A DNA stretch of 64,000 nucleotides, from contig CAVZKK010000012.1 in the NCBI GenBank assembly GCA_963775925.1, positions 36,390-100,389 on the forward strand. Direction: 5' to 3'. Of this stretch, positions 42,247 through 53,818 are shown piece after piece (the stretch's first letter is position 1; the number at the start of each line of letters is the position of its first letter). The position numbers and the translations under genes are program-made. The stretch is from Candidatus Bathyarchaeota archaeon. GTDB lineage: Archaea; Thermoproteota; Bathyarchaeia; Bathyarchaeales; Bathycorpusculaceae. The notes under the pieces were generated by a model. It was not told the origin of the DNA. It did no database searches and was given only the letters and a program-made list of their open reading frames with translations.

Positions 42247-43367
42247 CTAATGTGAAAAGGCAGATTTCGGTTTCCTCTTCATAATGAGAATTAGTATGGC
42301 GATTCCGATAGTTAGAAGGATTATAATCTGTTCCAATGTGAAGCCTAGAATTTCAAATCCCCCTCCTCCCACTGTGTAGGAGAATTTGTCTGTTTCCTTC
42401 GTGTTTCCTTCGCTGTCAATTGTGGAGATGTAAAATTCTACTTTTGTGCCCGTTGGCTGTTTCGGTATGACTGCCTCATATATCGTGCCTTCAGGCGTCA
42501 TCGATAGTGTATTGTATAGTCCTCCTTGTATAGAATAGTTTAGTGAAACTTGGCTAATAGAGGCTGTTGTATTAATCACAGACGCTGTTACAGTGACAAT
42601 ATTTTCTGCCTGCGGATTCTGTGGAGTATAGTTAACGTCGAATATTATTAAACCCAAAGGGTAAGCAGTCCAGAGACCGTCTTTGAAGTCGGGAGGAGTC
42701 CAACCTAAAGGATTATGCTCACCCGTGGCTTCAACCCAAATCCAACCTCTTCCCCTCCCATCACCAGGTATGTCCCAGTAATAGTTGGCATTTGGATATT
42801 CTGGAAGCCAAATCAAGAGCGCGAGCATGATTAGGCACATCACGAGGCGCAAGCACTATAGGCTGCATCAAATCCTGCGCCTATATAAATTGTTGCACCT
42901 AAGAAAGCCATGTCTTCACAGTCGCCTATAGCAACAATGTTTGTGATTGTGTTAAACATGTGTGCCATTTCGTCGGCGTTCCATGCCCACTCGTTTTGAG
43001 TTGTGCCGCCCATTATGACATTGTCAGCGTCGTATCCATATTCTGTCCATCTTTGAACATATTTGAGAATTGCTACAGCCATTTGCGTCTTACTCGCATA
43101 GTTGGTTTTGAACCATTCTCCTATGCTATATGCTAATTCTTTGTTGGTTCCAAGTGTTTCGTATGCTATGTTTGGCATGTATCCGTTGTCATCTCCATAG
43201 TAATTTCTGTCAAAGCTCCAACTATCATAATAATCTCCATCTGCTCGCCTTGTGAATTTTGGAGGGTAACTTCCGCCGCTGGGTAGTCCGCTAACTTCTT
43301 TTAATGAGAAAACAACTAAAAGAAATACTATTACTATGATTAGGTTTCTTTTAGATAGACCATTCAT
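42247..43367 (-). CDS. Secreted transglutaminase-like (Cys-protease-fold) protein with a C-terminal transmembrane anchor, frameshifted near 42845
   Basis: Signal peptide. Transglutaminase-core-like GDCEDMAF...H...D region. A second ORF carries an Ig-like or beta-rich extracellular segment and a terminal transmembrane helix. Confidence 0.45.
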
Positions 43368-43383
43368 AGTTTTTCTCTTCTAA

Positions 43384-43866
43384 CTATAAAGGTATCACCA
43401 AACTTCCGTAGATGATAAGTCCTAAGAACACTTCATACCCAAATAAGAAGACGCCAACAGCAACTGGAGATTTGTTGACATCGTCCAAGTCTATTCCAAA
43501 AGGTGTCAACCTTGCAAACACGAAGTAGAAAAGCCATCCGAAAAGAAGGCTTGCACCAAAACTCAATAAGACGATTATGAGCCGTTCGATGTTAAAGTAG
43601 GCACCGAGTATTACCGATTGCCCTAAGAAAAAGGGGTTAACCATCGAACCGTAAACGACAAGTCCTGCAAAAATGAAGAATCCACTTACAAAAAGACTTG
43701 TTGCTAGGGGGTCTCCTTTGATAGTTTTGAATTCAGTTATCTTGGTCGTTATGTAATCTAAACTTCTTATTCCCAGGTATCCAATGAATAGACAAATGAG
43801 ACTTGAAACAAAAGCTCGGACGAACCAAAGCAACGAAGCGGTTAAAAATTCTGAGCCTATCACCAT
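43384..43866 (-). CDS. Integral membrane protein (about five transmembrane helices)
   Basis: Hydrophobicity pattern only. Confidence 0.35.
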   Translation of the reverse strand: MVIGSEFLTASLLWFVRAFVSSLICLFIGYLGIRSLDYITTKITEFKTIKGDPLATSLFVSGFFIFAGLVVYGSMVNPFFLGQSVILGAYFNIERLIIVLLSFGASLLFGWLFYFVFARLTPFGIDLDDVNKSPVAVGVFLFGYEVFLGLIIYGSLVIPL

Positions 43867-43984
43867 TTTTCATCACAAAAAGAAAGTATGTGCAATTCAA
43901 GAAAATATAAGCCTTAAGCAGCAACAGAAATTATTAATACTTTAAACCAAAAACCTTGATAGACAACCATTTGGAGAATTAATC

Positions 43985-45431
43985 ATGTCACTTGAAAAAA
44001 TCGCGTCAAGGTATGAAGAGTTAAAAATAAAATTAACCGAGCAACAGTACAATCAAGAGGCAGGACTCACATATGACAGAGAATTAATGAAAACGCTTTC
44101 AAAACAACTTATCGAAGTCAGCCTTGAATTTCTCAAACAGTTCAAGAAACCACGAAGCATGTACCTATCCTCCATAGAAACAATTGCAGATGCTGAAAGA
44201 GTGGAAATCGACCTTGACCTTCACGACCAAAGAATGAAAAAAATTTCAACAGAAAAATATACGATTGCAGGAAAAAAGGTAAATTGGGGAAGCTGGCGCC
44301 AATTCAACTCTCAAACAGATGACCCTAAAAAACGGAAAGAAATCTTCGACGAATTTGTTTCTAAGGCTCCAGTTGTTGCGCAAATCGTCAACAAGAGAAT
44401 GGACATCGCAAAGGATGTGTACAAACGATATGGATTTACACCTTTAGATCAGTATTTAGAGTTTGAAGGCATTGCTTATGATGATTTGCGCAATTTGCTA
44501 ATGAAATTAGGCGATGGCGCAAGAGATTCCTTCCTAACTGCAGCAGAACATTTTGCACCCGAAATTTTAGGCAAGAAGAAAGTAGAATATTATGATGATT
44601 TCTACACTTGGAGAGGTCGCATATACAGACCGCTAAACAGGTATTTTGAGAAAATGAACCCACTGAAGGAGATTGAGAAACTCCTCACAAGACTTGGCTT
44701 TGCCATCGACAAAATCAAAGTAGATGCAGAAGATAGAGAAAATAAAAGCCCAAGCGCATCTTGTTGGGGCGTTCAAGTTCCAAACGATATCAGAATATTA
44801 TTCCGCAGAGAATCATCTTTCTCAGATTTCGGCAGTGTCTTCCATGAATTTGGTCATGGCATCCACGATGTGAGCGCCAATCCAAAGGATTCAGTATGGA
44901 AAAGATACCTAATCGCAAAAGGAGTAGCAGAAACGTTCAGCACTCTAATCGAAAGTGTACTGGAGACAGAATTGTTTCTTAAAGATGATTTGAAAATTGA
45001 AAAAACCACTGTAAACGACGTTCTTGATCGCAAACGTTTCATGAATTTGGCTTTTCTAACATTCTATGCAGCAAATAGTATTATGAAACTGGAATTTTGG
45101 AAGAAAAACTACACTATAGAAGAAGCCGCTAAGAGATGGCAAGAATTAACCAAAAGATTCTTCATAGAAACTCCAGGCAATTACTGGCTGCTTCATCATA
45201 TTATGCCAAACTATGATTTGTATTCGCCAAGCTTACGTTATTGCATCTGTACGGGTATCTGCAATCAGAGAAAGGCTTTCTGAAGATTATGGAGAGAAAT
45301 GGTGGAGAAACCCCAAAGCAGGCGCGTTCATAAAGCAGTTAGCGCAAACTAGAGGCGAATTCAACGTTAAAGCATGGAAACTTATCCCCGAAACCTACCT
45401 AGAAGAACAAAAGGAACTCAGTTTTCTCTAA
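43985..45431 (+). CDS. HExxH zinc metallopeptidase (M3/oligoendopeptidase-like), frameshifted near 45230
   Basis: HEFGHGIHD zinc-binding motif in an approximately 480-aa helical protein. The C-terminal part continues in the 45213-45431 ORF. Confidence 0.45.
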
Positions 45432-45465
45432 CTTTCTAGTATGACATTGAAAAGGCGTCTTTGAC

Positions 45466-46359
45466 TTGTCCAATCCTGCCGAGAGAAATAGAAGAATAGC
45501 CCTCATAGAAGGTATGTTTGCGGGAGTTTCATTTGGAACAGCAGCCATTTTCATTCGGTTACTTGGCGATTTGAATGTCTATTCCATAGCGTTTTGGCGT
45601 CTAATAATAGCCATCTGTGCTTTGGGCGCTGTTATACTTATTTCGAAAAAATCTTTTGACTTCCACAAAATCAGAGAGAATAGTCGCCAGTTCATAATTT
45701 TGGGCTTCTTATTAGGGCTTCATTTTATTCTTTTTGTGTCAGCAGTTGGGGACACTACAATCTTGAATGCCACTGTACTGGTGAATACGACTCCAATTTT
45801 TTCTATGTTGATTTCTTCCTTTTTGTTTAAGGGAAAGCCTTCCTACGTGGCAGTAACTGGAATTTTAGTGTCTTTTATCGGAGTAGGCATCATTGCATAT
45901 GCAGACACTTCTCCTTCTGCTTTGTCAGTTCATCTGAAAGGTGACTTGGAAGCGGTGTTTGCTGCGGTTGTTGAAGGTTTCTATCTGAATTATGGTAGGG
46001 AAGTGAGAGGAAAGGTGCCTTTGACATCTCTAATGATTGCAATATACTCTATGTCTGCATTGACAGTAGCTGTGGCATCAGTTGTAACATTGAATTCGTT
46101 GACCTTTACAATTAATCAGCCATCAATTATCCTATACCTAATTGGGTTAGGAATTGTGCCAACGGCTTTCGCTCACACTTTCTATTTTTCATCACTTTCA
46201 CATCTCAAGTCATATGAAACTGCAACTATGGCTCTCCTTGAACCAATCGGCGCAACATTGTTGGGCATAGCTGTTTTCAGCGAAATTCCAAACCCATTCT
46301 TCATTGTAGGAGCGTTTCTAGTTTTATGTGGCATCTTCTCTGTGGCTACAGGACGGTAG
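45466..46359 (+). CDS. EamA/DMT-family transporter
   Basis: Ten transmembrane helices in two EamA-like repeats. Confidence 0.65.
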   Translation: MSNPAERNRRIALIEGMFAGVSFGTAAIFIRLLGDLNVYSIAFWRLIIAICALGAVILISKKSFDFHKIRENSRQFIILGFLLGLHFILFVSAVGDTTILNATVLVNTTPIFSMLISSFLFKGKPSYVAVTGILVSFIGVGIIAYADTSPSALSVHLKGDLEAVFAAVVEGFYLNYGREVRGKVPLTSLMIAIYSMSALTVAVASVVTLNSLTFTINQPSIILYLIGLGIVPTAFAHTFYFSSLSHLKSYETATMALLEPIGATLLGIAVFSEIPNPFFIVGAFLVLCGIFSVATGR

Positions 46360-46409
46360 AAAACTTATTCTGAGACATTTGCTAAACCCGTTTATTAGGA
46401 GAGTTCTTA

Positions 46410-46613
46410 GTGAAAAGCAAGCAGAAAGCAGTGAAGTTTTGTCCTAAATGTGGGTCTACGAACATTTTTTGGGCACATGGCTTGCCGCAACTGTGGTCTT
46501 TATGGGAATGCAGAGAATGCGGTTATAGAGGAGCATTTATAATTGAAGACAGTAAGCTGGCGGAGAAGATAAAAGAAGACTATTTGAGAAAAGCCAAGAA
46601 GACTGAAAAATAG
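46410..46613 (+). CDS. Small zinc-ribbon protein
   Basis: CPKCGS...CRECG, 67 aa. Confidence 0.4.
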   Translation: MKSKQKAVKFCPKCGSTNIFWAHGLPQLWSLWECRECGYRGAFIIEDSKLAEKIKEDYLRKAKKTEK

Positions 46614-46715
46614 TCTTGCTCTCTCTACTCCTGTGGAAAAATATTTTTTCTTCATCATCTTCATCATCACTACACGATGCAAAGATATTTACTGTTAATT
46701 GAACACTACTGATGT

Positions 46716-46937
46716 TTGAGGTGTGCCAAATTGGTGGAATGGGAGTACAAAGTCTTTCCGGTAAAGACACATGTTCACTCAGATCGTTTTGCAATAGATA
46801 GAAAGCCGGTAATAGAAAGCGTCCAAAATGAGTTAAACGTTTTAGGGAAAGATGGGTGGGAATTAGTTAGTGTCCAAAATATTCGTCTAGAAGATGGCAG
46901 ACTGTTTACAGTTGCCTACCTTAAACGGCAAAAATGA
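46716..46937 (+). CDS. Small hypothetical protein
   Basis: 73-aa ORF. Confidence 0.3.
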   Translation: MRCAKLVEWEYKVFPVKTHVHSDRFAIDRKPVIESVQNELNVLGKDGWELVSVQNIRLEDGRLFTVAYLKRQK

Positions 46938-46957
46938 TAAGAAATTAGACTTTAATA

Positions 46958-47460
46958 TTGGCAGTGATTAATCATATTTTGGCGAGTTTAATGTCTCAAG
47001 CCTCTGCATCTGACTTGGCCCTAATCGAATCGGAGTTGAAAGGTAAGACCCTCCTCGTCTACTGGTATTTCTTAAAGTCTCCTACCTCAACGGTGGGGGT
47101 TCGTGAAATTCAGCGTTCTTTAGGCTTTTCTAGCCCAAGCGTTGCCGCCCACCATCTAGAAAAACTCCTAACTCTCGGGTTAATTGAGAAAACGAAGACA
47201 GGCGAATACTTTCTGGTGCAACAGGTCAAAGTTGGCATGCTAAGATTTTTTACTAAGATGGGGCGTTTTTTAGTCCCACGTTATCTTTTCTACTCTGTAT
47301 GGTTAACAACAATGCTTGATATTTTACATAATCTTCTATGGACATACTGTCGACGTTCACAATCTCGTTGCCATCATTTTCGGCGTCTCATCAAGCATAA
47401 TCCTATGGTACGAAACCTTTAGACTATGGAAGGAGAAACCGTTCTAAAATGCGAACAACT
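46958..47460 (+). CDS. Winged-helix regulator with C-terminal transmembrane helices; frameshift near 47330
   Basis: wHTH-like N-terminus. Hydrophobic helices follow, and another continues in the alternate frame (VAIIFGVSSSIILWYETFRLW). Confidence 0.35.
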
Positions 47461-47890
47461 GTTCTAAAACGTAGATTTAAAAGGCTGTCATTATATTTTT
47501 TATAAAATGGAGAAAGCAAGTATGAAGAAAACATTTCTCTATGCATTTGTAGCAGTTGTGTTAGGAGTGGGAATAATGCTTTTTCCATCATGGACATATT
47601 TTAGGAGCCGTAATGAAGAAGGACCATGTTGGCAGTCACAGACTCCTCGATCTGCTTCAAACCCATGACGCATCAGAAAACTGGCGACCACAGATGACAA
47701 AAACAGCAGGCGTCCCAGCATTCAACGACTCTAAGGCGCAGACTGGGTCAACCAGCAGATGCATCTCTGCAAATACTCGCAGTAGGTTTCATTGCGGCAA
47801 TGGTCGCTTACCTTATTGTCAGAAGAAGAGTGCCTCGACCAACGTATCGCCAATGTATAGAATTCCACAATGGTAGCCGCCAATGTATTC

Positions 47891-48676
47891 TCAGAGCAAG
47901 GCTTTCCGTGCAGAAGTAATGTAGCCAGTGTGTCCAGTCATTAGAGTCTGCGGTCTTGTCTTTCCTCTTTCAGTTTGCATTGCCCGCATTATGCATTCAA
48001 CTGTTTCCATGTCTATGAAATGGTTTTCTTTCAAGGCTTCAACTGTTTTCACGACTTGATCAATTGTTGGGCTGAAAGAGACGAGAAGCCCGCTTCCTTT
48101 CAAAGCCTTGTAAGCGTGTGGGATGACAAGCCATGGAGTAGCCAAATCCAAGACAACAGCATCTACCTCTGTTTCGTCTATGCCTTCTGTTACGTCCTTA
48201 TTCTTAATTGTCACATAATCTGACAAGTTGGCTCTTTTCAAATTCTTCTCTGCAATTTCAATGAATTCTGCTCTAACCTCATAACTGTAAACATGCCCAT
48301 CTGAGCGAATGTGATAGGCAAGGGCGGTTGTCAATGCTCCAGCACCAGTTCCGGCTTCGACAACATGGCTGCCTGGACCAACATTACTAAACATAAGAAT
48401 AAGCGAAATGTCTTTAGGATACATTATCTGAGTTTTTCTCTGAATCTTATAGATATAGTCCTGTAAAGTAGGTTTCAAGACAGCAAATTCAACATTCAAA
48501 CTGCTACTAATGCTGATTCCATATTCTTTCCCAATTAAGTCATCGAATGAGATGAAGCCACGATGAGTATGAAACGTTTTACCCTTCTCAACCTTAACAA
48601 GATAGGTTCTTTTTCTGTCCAAATAGAGGAGAATGTCATCGCCTTCACGAATGTTTTCTGTCAAGGCTAAACACAC
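47891..48676 (-). CDS. trmI: tRNA (adenine-N1)-methyltransferase TrmI (Gcd14 family)
   Basis: N-terminal beta-domain (GDDILLYLDRKRTYLVKV) plus a class-I SAM methyltransferase motif (VVEAGTGAGALT). Confidence 0.75.
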   Translation of the reverse strand: MCLALTENIREGDDILLYLDRKRTYLVKVEKGKTFHTHRGFISFDDLIGKEYGISISSSLNVEFAVLKPTLQDYIYKIQRKTQIMYPKDISLILMFSNVGPGSHVVEAGTGAGALTTALAYHIRSDGHVYSYEVRAEFIEIAEKNLKRANLSDYVTIKNKDVTEGIDETEVDAVVLDLATPWLVIPHAYKALKGSGLLVSFSPTIDQVVKTVEALKENHFIDMETVECIMRAMQTERGKTRPQTLMTGHTGYITSARKALL

Positions 48677-48734
48677 ATCAAGCGCCCATTAAAGCACTGA
48701 ATAGAATAATAACTTTACTAAATTCTTGTCAATT

Positions 48735-50252
48735 CTAAGGTTCGTATCTGAATGGGTGTCTTGCTGAAGCTTTGCGTTCCAATATCTCTTCCTGTGAGGG
48801 CCTTGCTTCCATTGCTCTTCTTATGGCGAATCTCATAGCCTTGTAATTGTTTATGTTTACTCGTTTCGGGTTTGACGCTGTCGGATGCACAAAAACGTTT
48901 GCTATCATCACTAGTTCATCCAAAGCGTCTTTGGGCAGTAAGCCATCATTTATGCTATCAACCACCGCCTTGCCAACTCCACTCATCGCATACACATAAA
49001 CAAGTTCAGCCTGCTGCTCACTCCTAACCGTAACAGTGGGCGTAAGCAATGTCTTAGGCTTAACCTCCTTGCCCTCAAACTTGACTAAAACTGGCTCATG
49101 ACCAGCCCTCGGACTAGCTAAGGTGTCTTCTATAACTTTGCCAACTGGTCCATCATTTAACCCTAATAGAAGGTCAATGTGGGCTACGTCTGCTGTTCCA
49201 GGCGAGGCAAAGGCTTCACCGACCTTCAATGAAAAATCACTTATTCTGCTTGGCGTTTGAGGGATAGCGCCAGAAAACTCGCTTTTGACAACAACTTTCG
49301 GTTTGAACTCCATTTGCAGAGGCTTTTTCTTCAGTTTCCCTAACATTTCCAAATGTAAGCGCATCAGGTCTTCATCTTCATAGCGGAAGACGCCACCAGT
49401 TATAAGTGGTCTTCTCGTTGTTCCCATTTCCAAGCCCATCATATTAAGCCCAGCTTTGACCGCTAATCCACCACCTTGCCTTGTAACGATTCTTACCAGT
49501 GTCTGGATTTTTCTCTGCAGGTCCTGTGCTTCTTCGAAATTGCCTTTCTTGACAAGGTTGTAGATTTGTAGCCAAATGTCTGGTATCAGATTTGCAGATG
49601 CCAAAATCAGTCCATCTGCACCTGCAGCAAGTGCAGCCATAGCGATTTCGTCGTGACCGCAAATGATTGAAATTTTGCCGTAAACTTTTTCGAATAGGGC
49701 CATCATGTAGGGCATGTTGCCGCTGCTGTCCTTTATCCCGACTACATTGTCAATTTCTGCTAGGGCTTCTACAACCCACCATGGAACTTCAAGGCTAGTT
49801 ACCTGAGGAATATTATACAGAATAATTGGCAAGTCAACAGCCTCAGCAACTTTCATGTAATGTTCAAAAATCTCCTTGTCCGTGGGTTTGAGATAGAAGG
49901 GCGAAACAACAAGGGCAGCGTCTGCGCCAACATCGTTTGCATGCTTAGTGAATTCTATAGCGGTTTTAGTTCCAGCGTCGCCAGTTCCAGCAATTACAGG
50001 CACTTTACCATTAACTTGGTCTACAGTGATTTCTACAATTCTTTTTCTTTCTTCCATTGTCATACTGCTGAATTCGCCTGTAGTGCCACACGGGACAACA
50101 CCTGTCACATGATTTTCAACCACAAAATCGATTAGACGCCTCAAAGCTTTTTCGTCTATTTCATATTTCTTCGTAAATGGCGTCACAAGCGCTGGTATGA
50201 CTCCTCTTGGCCAAAATTTCTTTTTCTCTTTCATGCTTCTTTTTTCCTCCAT
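48735..50252 (-). CDS. Fusion protein: DapA-like class-I aldolase (dihydrodipicolinate synthase/NAL family) N-terminal domain plus a C-terminal formaldehyde-activating enzyme (Fae) domain
   Basis: DapA-family blocks (ALVTPF, VPCGTTGEF, VIAGTG) and the Schiff-base lysine region. The C-terminal 170 aa match Fae (VAHIDLLLG, ...RKASARHPF). Confidence 0.65.
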   Translation of the reverse strand: MEEKRSMKEKKKFWPRGVIPALVTPFTKKYEIDEKALRRLIDFVVENHVTGVVPCGTTGEFSSMTMEERKRIVEITVDQVNGKVPVIAGTGDAGTKTAIEFTKHANDVGADAALVVSPFYLKPTDKEIFEHYMKVAEAVDLPIILYNIPQVTSLEVPWWVVEALAEIDNVVGIKDSSGNMPYMMALFEKVYGKISIICGHDEIAMAALAAGADGLILASANLIPDIWLQIYNLVKKGNFEEAQDLQRKIQTLVRIVTRQGGGLAVKAGLNMMGLEMGTTRRPLITGGVFRYEDEDLMRLHLEMLGKLKKKPLQMEFKPKVVVKSEFSGAIPQTPSRISDFSLKVGEAFASPGTADVAHIDLLLGLNDGPVGKVIEDTLASPRAGHEPVLVKFEGKEVKPKTLLTPTVTVRSEQQAELVYVYAMSGVGKAVVDSINDGLLPKDALDELVMIANVFVHPTASNPKRVNINNYKAMRFAIRRAMEARPSQEEILERKASARHPFRYEP

Positions 50253-51696
50253 AGTCCAAATGCTTTCAAAAGAGCCAACTTGATTCCATCATAAGAATTC
50301 ATGTATAATAGGCGTCTATTGACAACCGCTGAATGAACAAAAACTTTGACAATGACCGCGGATGTTTCTACGGATTCTTCGGGAATTATTTCTTCTTCCA
50401 CAGCGTCTGCTATGGCTTTTCCAACAGCAGACTGCACCGGTCCATAAATGATGCTTGCTTGCCTCATACTCTCAATTTTCGCATATGGCACAATAAGCGT
50501 GATAGGTTTGACAGCAAGGTTTGGCTCAACGATTGCGGTTAAAGCCTCGTATCCAGGTTCAGGATTTGCTACAGCCTTTGCCCAACCATAGCCTACTGGA
50601 CTACTCTTTAGACCGCTTAACAAGGATATGTGAACTTTTTCTACTCCTTCACCCGTTGACGCTTCTGTAGTTGCCAACTTGAAGTGCTTTATGTCTTGAG
50701 AGGTGATGCCTAAATCTTTGAACCTTTCTTCTAAGGCTTCTGAGGGTTCAAAGACCGCTTTGGCTTTCATGGGTTCTATTTTTCCTAGTTTTTCAAGTTC
50801 CATTCGCATTTCTTCTTTGACCTCCATGGTTAAGATGCCGCCGCTTACTAGTGGTCTCCGAGTCTTGCCCATGTCTAATCCCATCATCTTTAATGCAGCC
50901 TTAACTGGCACTGCACCACCATGCCTAACAAAAATTCTTGCCAGCTTCTGTGCGTTCATTTGTAGTTCTTTGGCTGTTTGCAGGTCGCCTTTTTTTACTG
51001 CTTCATAGAGTTTTATCCAAATGCCTGGAATAACGTTTGCAGAGGCTAATATTGCCCCTTTGGCTCCAGCTGCTAACGCTGGCAAGACAACTTCATCATG
51101 GCCGCAGACAATGTTAATCTTGTCGCCAACTGTTTGCAAGAGTTCAAGCATGTAGGGGAGATGCCCACTGCTGTCCTTTAAGCCGACAACATTGCCTATT
51201 TGAGCCAAATCTTCCACTACTTCTCTGCTTAGAAAACTTCCAGTACACTGTGGAATATTATATAAGACAATGGGAATTGTTGTGGCTTGCGAAAGTTCGT
51301 AAAAATGTTGAAAGTCGCCTTTATCTGCGGGACGCAAATAATATGGCGATACAACTAAGAGCTGCGTCTGCGCCTGCTTTCTCTGCATGTTTCGTCAATT
51401 CTATTGCTTCAAGAGTGAGAGCTTGCGCCTGTTCCAGCAATAACTGGAACTCTCCCCTTGACCTCATCAATGACTGTTTCAACAGTTTTCTTGCGCTCTT
51501 CTTTTGACATGTAAACAAATTCGCCTGTCGTTCCACAGGGCACAACTCCAGTAACACCTTCGCCTATGACAAAATTCACTAATCGCCTTAACGCTTTCTC
51601 ATCAATGTCCGCGTCATTCTTAAATGGCGTGACTAACGCTGGATAAATTCCTTCTAAATTGAACTTCTTCATCATTGACACCATCCATGTGGGCAA
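50231..51696 (-). CDS. Second DapA-like aldolase / Fae-like fusion protein (tandem paralog), split over three frames
   Basis: N-terminus in 51409-51696 (YPALVTPF...VPCGTTGEF...VIAGTG), a middle piece in 51321-51557 (AIELTKHAEKAGADAAL), and the rest in 50231-51388, ending with a diverged Fae-like domain (VHISLLSG...). Confidence 0.5.
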
Positions 51697-51863
51697 GAAT
51701 CGATTCTAAACCATCTAGTGGCTAATATGCTTTGCACGAAAGCAATAAAAGAGATTAATTGATGCTCGTGAGGGGATATTGGTGCACATGTATCCTAGTG
51801 GCAACGTTTCCCGCAACCCTCTTTTTTCATTCATGGTGAAATGGGACAGAAGTGGTTCCTCGA

Positions 51864-52340
51864 TTATCGGGGAAACAAAGAACGAGGATTTGTCGTCAAC
51901 CTCTCATTCAATTCCCACAGTACTATTTTGTTTCCCTCATATTTCATCAAACTGAGAGCCTCTTCACATTCAAGCCATCTGTATTCAGTATGCTCAGACG
52001 AAAGTATAATTTGTCTATCGTCCGCAAGAACGCCAAAGCAATACTGAGGTATAACACAAGTGCTCTCGCCCCAAAGACAACTGTTCCTGAACTCTGCAAC
52101 AGGTATAGGTAACACTGTTATCAACTGAACAAACAGTGAATCCTCTGGCAAACCAATTTCTTCGCGAGTCTCCCTCTTGGCTGCTTCAAGAGGTGTCTCA
52201 TCATTCTCCCCACCACCCGCTACACCTTGCCAGTATCCAGCATCAGATCTCTTCAGAAGCATATATTCATATTTGCCAACGCCAATCTTGCGATAAGGAT
52301 ACACGAGCACTTGGAAAGATGCTCTTGCCATTCCGATCAT
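51864..52340 (-). CDS. NUDIX hydrolase
   Basis: Nudix box GGGENDETPLEAAKRETREEIGL. Confidence 0.75.
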   Translation of the reverse strand: MIGMARASFQVLVYPYRKIGVGKYEYMLLKRSDAGYWQGVAGGGENDETPLEAAKRETREEIGLPEDSLFVQLITVLPIPVAEFRNSCLWGESTCVIPQYCFGVLADDRQIILSSEHTEYRWLECEEALSLMKYEGNKIVLWELNERLTTNPRSLFPR

Positions 52341-52460
52341 TCCTCACTACGACTATTGCATGCATATATGGGGAAGTCGGGCTTTTCAAGTTTATTTCGA
52401 CTTGCGTCCTCGATTATGTTGCTGGTGCGGAGGTGGGGTTGCATTCCAATACTGGTTTAG

Positions 52461-53378
52461 TTATTTTTTGTGCAGGTTCCATGCGGCGATGAATGTTAAG
52501 CCTCGTTCTGTGAGGGCTTTGGCTGTTCTGTTCACTGCATCGTGTTTGTCCAGATAATTTGTTAGAAGGTCTGGCATGAGTCCTTTTTCAACTATTTCTT
52601 TCTTTGGAATAAAATAGTCTAGAATGGCTGATGGATGTTTTCGCTTTTCTTCAACTTTTGGGATTCCGCCTTCATGTTTGGCACTGATGTTTTTGACGTG
52701 GCATGCGATTTCTAAGAGTTCATCTAGGCGATCATAGGGCTGTCTGACAATGCTTTTGTAGGTTTCTGTAATGTGATGTTCAATGCGGACAATGTCTTCA
52801 AAGCCAAAATTCTTCCTTACATAGGTTGCGAGTTCGATTGTTTTGTTGTTTGTGGAGTTTGATAGGTTAAAGCCGATTAGCGGTGTGGTTCCATCGTCTC
52901 GACTGAAGAGTTTAGCGGTCATAAGAGTCCATAGACATGAGTAGGGATTATCATTGCCCAAGAAAACTGAGATTTTGAATTCTATGTCGATTCCTAGTTT
53001 GTATAGCCAGTATCCAAGCATAACCGTGCCAGTGTTAATATTCAATACTTGTTGAACGCCATATTCAGTGTAGTAGTGAAGATATTCGTCAACCCATTTC
53101 AAAGTGTACTCGTTTGGTACTCCTACGCCCCCAAAATAGCCTGTGATTGTTTCGGGGCCTCCTAAATGAACGTTGATTGGCTGACCATCTGGCCCTGGCA
53201 TTGTTCCTTTTGTGTCTAATGTCTGCACGAAAGAAGCGCCGATAATTTGCATTGCTGCCACAGATGCGAGAAGGTCGTCGTCTTGAACTTGTTCCTTCAT
53301 AGAGCGGACACGAATGTAGCGACCGGGCATAAGGTCCTTGCTCTCCAATAGATTTTCTTTGCTTCTTCTATAAGCCAT
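52461..53378 (-). CDS. Conserved hypothetical protein, family unassigned (paralog of 29154-30023)
   Basis: 305 aa, about 75% identical to the 29154 ORF. A possible N-terminal extension in another frame lies upstream (53380-53540). Confidence 0.5.
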   Translation of the reverse strand: MAYRRSKENLLESKDLMPGRYIRVRSMKEQVQDDDLLASVAAMQIIGASFVQTLDTKGTMPGPDGQPINVHLGGPETITGYFGGVGVPNEYTLKWVDEYLHYYTEYGVQQVLNINTGTVMLGYWLYKLGIDIEFKISVFLGNDNPYSCLWTLMTAKLFSRDDGTTPLIGFNLSNSTNNKTIELATYVRKNFGFEDIVRIEHHITETYKSIVRQPYDRLDELLEIACHVKNISAKHEGGIPKVEEKRKHPSAILDYFIPKKEIVEKGLMPDLLTNYLDKHDAVNRTAKALTERGLTFIAAWNLHKK

Positions 53379-53559
53379 GGGAAAAAGTTAAACGCACTTA
53401 TTTCAAGCGTCACCGCAAAAGAGTCGTCAAATTTCATGGAGTCACTTTTTTTACCTAAAATTTTTCTGCGATACTCTGGGATGCTAATGAATGCGCCTTT
53501 ATCTCGCTGTTTAGTCAGCCATTCAAGTCCTTTATGTAAGGAGATTTTTGTCGTTCAAG

Positions 53560-53760
53560 TCTAGTCATGATATTTCCGAGATTGCGGGCTTCCTTAGCCT
53601 TGCGATTAATCTCGTCAACGCCACCGTGTTTTTCAACGATTTTTAATAGCCATTTACAAGAGGGTTATCTTCGTTTAGAATAAGATCGTTTATTTCTTTC
53701 AGATTTTTCTCTCTGATTTTTAATCTTTCTCTTAGATCGGTCAAGGGTACCCCTCCAGAA
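53560..53760 (-). pseudogene. Disrupted copy of the small helical protein gene (paralog of 30225-30443)
   Basis: DNA homologous to the 30225 gene. Hand translation gives LTDLRERLKIREKNLKEINDLILNEDNPLVNGY, then a stop, then the rest in another frame. Confidence 0.3.
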
Positions 53761-53818
53761 ATTTGTTATGGAGCTTAAATGTATCGGCATTTAAGCATTT
53801 TCGCACGAAGCAATGTGG

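Noticed and set aside
47523-47880. A possible approximately 120-aa membrane protein pieced together from three frames (signal/TM helix at 47523, TM helix LQILAVGFIAAMVAYLIVRRR near 47770)
   Set aside because: It needs two frameshifts and has no supporting motifs. Too speculative to list as a feature, although a small membrane protein here is plausible.
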